From the NCBI RefSeq assembly GCF_006345805.1, contig NW_021835534.1, positions 1-39,495 of the forward strand: 39,495 bases of DNA, written 5' to 3'. This document shows, piece after piece, positions 36,990 through 39,495 of this stretch. Below the pieces are notes generated by a model. The model had not been told where the DNA came from. It ran no database searches and saw nothing but the letters and a program-made list of their open reading frames with translations. The translations under genes and the position numbers were made by a program. Numbering within the stretch: position 1 is the stretch's first letter; each line of letters starts with the position of its first letter. Source of the DNA: Octopus sinensis (lineage: Eukaryota).

Positions 36990-37152
36990 AATAATAATAA
37001 TAACAACAACAACAACATCAAAAAATACCTTAGGAATGAGAACCCAGGTTCGAAACTTCCTCAAGACATCTGATGAAGGTATATCAGCCGAAACGTTGTG
37101 TTAACAACAAACAAGATGAGGATAAATATCCGTCAAATGTAAATAATGTACA
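36990..37152 (+). mobile_element. Hammerhead-bearing repeat, family D copy 2 (ribozyme stem II deleted)
   Basis: (AAT)n(AAC)n-ATCAAAAAATACCTTAGGAATGAGAAC...GACAT-CTGATGA-AGGTATATCAGCC-GAAAC-GTT-GTGTT...AAATATCCGTCAAATGTAAATAATGTA. Homologous to 12255-12420. Confidence 0.75.
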
Positions 37153-37573
37153 GGTATATTAGTATATATTATTTGAGAAAAGGGGTACAGTAAAGTGCGA
37201 TACACATCCAACATTTGGCTGTGTATTGGGTTTCACACTCGACAGTAAAATACGGCATGGTGTATCAACCTCAGTATACGCCAGTCTACAGAATACGAGT
37301 CATGTCATAGAAATTATAATAATAAGCTGAAAATAAACGTTTTATTGAATGCTTCAATGGAATCACACGCGTTTCACTAATATGCCGATGTAATTACTTG
37401 GGCACTAGTTGAAATATTATGCAATCATGCCTTCATCTCAGCAGTGTAATGCAATGAATACAACAATCCATGTTCACGTTCCAATGATGCACATATTCCC
37501 CGTCAGGCAAACAATCAGCAAATAAAGGGAGTTCGAACAATACCACACACCTCTCAGAACCAAAATTAAGCAT

Positions 37574-37624
<51 letters not shown>

Positions 37625-37770
37625 AGAGAGAGAAGGATGGAATACAGTATATGAAAAATCTTATAAAACAGTAAATAAGAATAACAGAAAAGTGAAAGGT
37701 TCAAATTTAAAACAATTATATTCTGTTTGTTGCAGGACACCGATGACGTATAGTGCATGATTGCATAGTA

Positions 37771-37872
37771 TATATATACATATTTATACAACTGTTATGT
37801 AAATATTTCGGCAATATGTTAAAACGCGTGTAGGTCCTATAAATCATTGAATTCCCCACCTTTCTTCTACTT

Positions 37873-37903
<31 letters not shown>

Positions 37904-38044
37904 TTATACAACTGTTGTGTAAATATTTCGGCATTAAGTTAAAACGCGTGTGTGTCCTATAAAGCATTGAATTCCCCACCTGTCTTCTACTTATTATATA
38001 TATTTATGAATATATACACATATACGCACATACATAATTATATA

Positions 38045-38084
<40 letters not shown>

Positions 38085-38121
38085 CAACTGTTGTGTAAAT
38101 ATTTCGGCATTAAGTTAAAAC
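37771..38121. repeat. Tandem duplication of a ~100-bp unit, 2 full and 1 partial copies separated by (TA)n
   Basis: TATACAACTGTT(A/G)TGTAAATATTTCGGCA...AAAACGCGTGT...ATTGAATTCCCCACCT(T/G)TCTTCTACTT at ~37785 and ~37907; a third copy from 38082 stops after GTTAAAAC. Confidence 0.9.
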
Positions 38122-38453
38122 AATTGTGTATGTGCGTATGTGCGTATGTGTGTATGTATTATATCATACCATCTACAGAAGTAAATTAAAACGAAGCTGT
38201 GTACAGTTGTCTCCTGTCAAAGTTCCTTTTACACTTGCCAAGAATAAATAATCGTTGACAATGGAGTATTGTATTAGTAAGAAAATTTTCTCTCCGGCTT
38301 TTTTTTTTTCATATCACAACCACATTTACTTCTCTCCAAACCGCGTACACATGAGCACGCTGAAACATAAATATATTAGCGATATGTTTATACATTCACG
38401 TTCACAAATAGACATACACACACATACATATATATGTAGAAAGTTGAAGGTAT

Positions 38454-38484
<31 letters not shown>

Positions 38485-39495
38485 GTATACAGACACGACT
38501 ACCCCATAAAGAATATACCAAAATATGGTGTGAAAAATGAGACGTTTAATAGAAATATTTCGTCATAGCCGTAATCTATGATTAAATAAAATGTTGCTCT
38601 ACACAACAACACACACACACGCATACACACAACGCATACACACACGCACACACACATACGCAAGCACATACAAACACAAATGCGCACAAACACGCAGACA
38701 CGTACATTTAAAGATGAACATACTGTCTTTAAGTAAAATATGCATATACAAATTTGTAGATGTTCATATGCATATATGTATATTTATATATTTGTATATC
38801 TATCTGTCATCTGTCTGTCTCTGTCTCTGTATGTCTCTCTCTCTCTCTTTCTCTTTCTCTCTCTCTCTCTATATATATATACGTTCTTAAAACAATACAC
38901 ATATTAGCATTTATATGTGTACACACACGTACAGACACGCATATATAGAGAGAGCTAGATAGATATATACACAAAGTTATATGCACATATATGTTTGTAT
39001 ATATATATACAAACGCACACACTTTCACATTTTTATATACATATTCTTTATAACTATACCACACGAGCGTGTTTATCACTATATGTGTCTGTATCGTCTG
39101 ATATATGTTTATGTACATAGATATACACAAATACGTAAGAATATATGCGTACGGATATTTAACACATAATCATATATAATTACATACTTACGGGACCTGG
39201 ATGATGAGTGACAGATCCTAAATTTTGTTCATGTGAAACGTTAAGAGGCGAAGATATTTCGAAAGAAATACACAAGAATTTCTACTAAATAACAACACAA
39301 CCTCTGAAGCAAAAACAACAAGAATAACAACTTCAGTAACCAGAACAGTCACAACAAAAATGCAACACAGCAAAATGAATAGGAACTAAAATATCCGCAA
39401 ACAAAAAATCTTTTCTGAACCATAAAGCAAAAAAATGAAATTCAAAAGAACAGTAGATATTTTAAATAGTGTGTTGTTGCGTTGCTGTTGTTGTT

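Noticed and set aside
39195-39247. ATGATGA-GTGACA...TGTTCAT-GTGAAAC-GTT as a hammerhead
   Set aside because: C3 is absent, extra bases precede GAAA, and there is no stem I.

Overview
Eukaryotic, AT-rich, essentially non-coding DNA packed with microsatellites ((TA)n, (CA)n, (TATC)n, (TATG)n, (GA)n) and interspersed repeats. The three recurring tRNA-headed SINE families and the other repeats match my recollection of Octopus (cephalopod) repeats; this is recall, not a database result. No intact protein-coding gene is supportable, and nearly all ORFs in the track are translated microsatellites. Recognisable elements: ~18 SINE copies, a TA-flanked Tc1 transposon with a decayed transposase (27507-28698), a Chapaev3-like transposase remnant (~11494-12250), a Helentron-type non-autonomous element (5394-5764), decayed R4/Dong-like LINE pieces, and a 24 x 71-bp minisatellite (29186-30885). 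The most interesting signal is a set of type I hammerhead ribozyme motifs of the Penelope-like-element (PLE)/retrozyme kind, in several unrelated sequence contexts. Four fold well (12314-12359 minus, 17470-17561 minus, 17954-18046 plus, 27304-27338 plus), one is crippled by a deletion (37065-37102), and two degenerate ones sit in the arms of a 340-bp foldback (25509-25848). Two of the intact motifs form a ~98% identical head-to-head inverted pair. All folding and alignment was done by eye; element boundaries are approximate unless exact termini are quoted.
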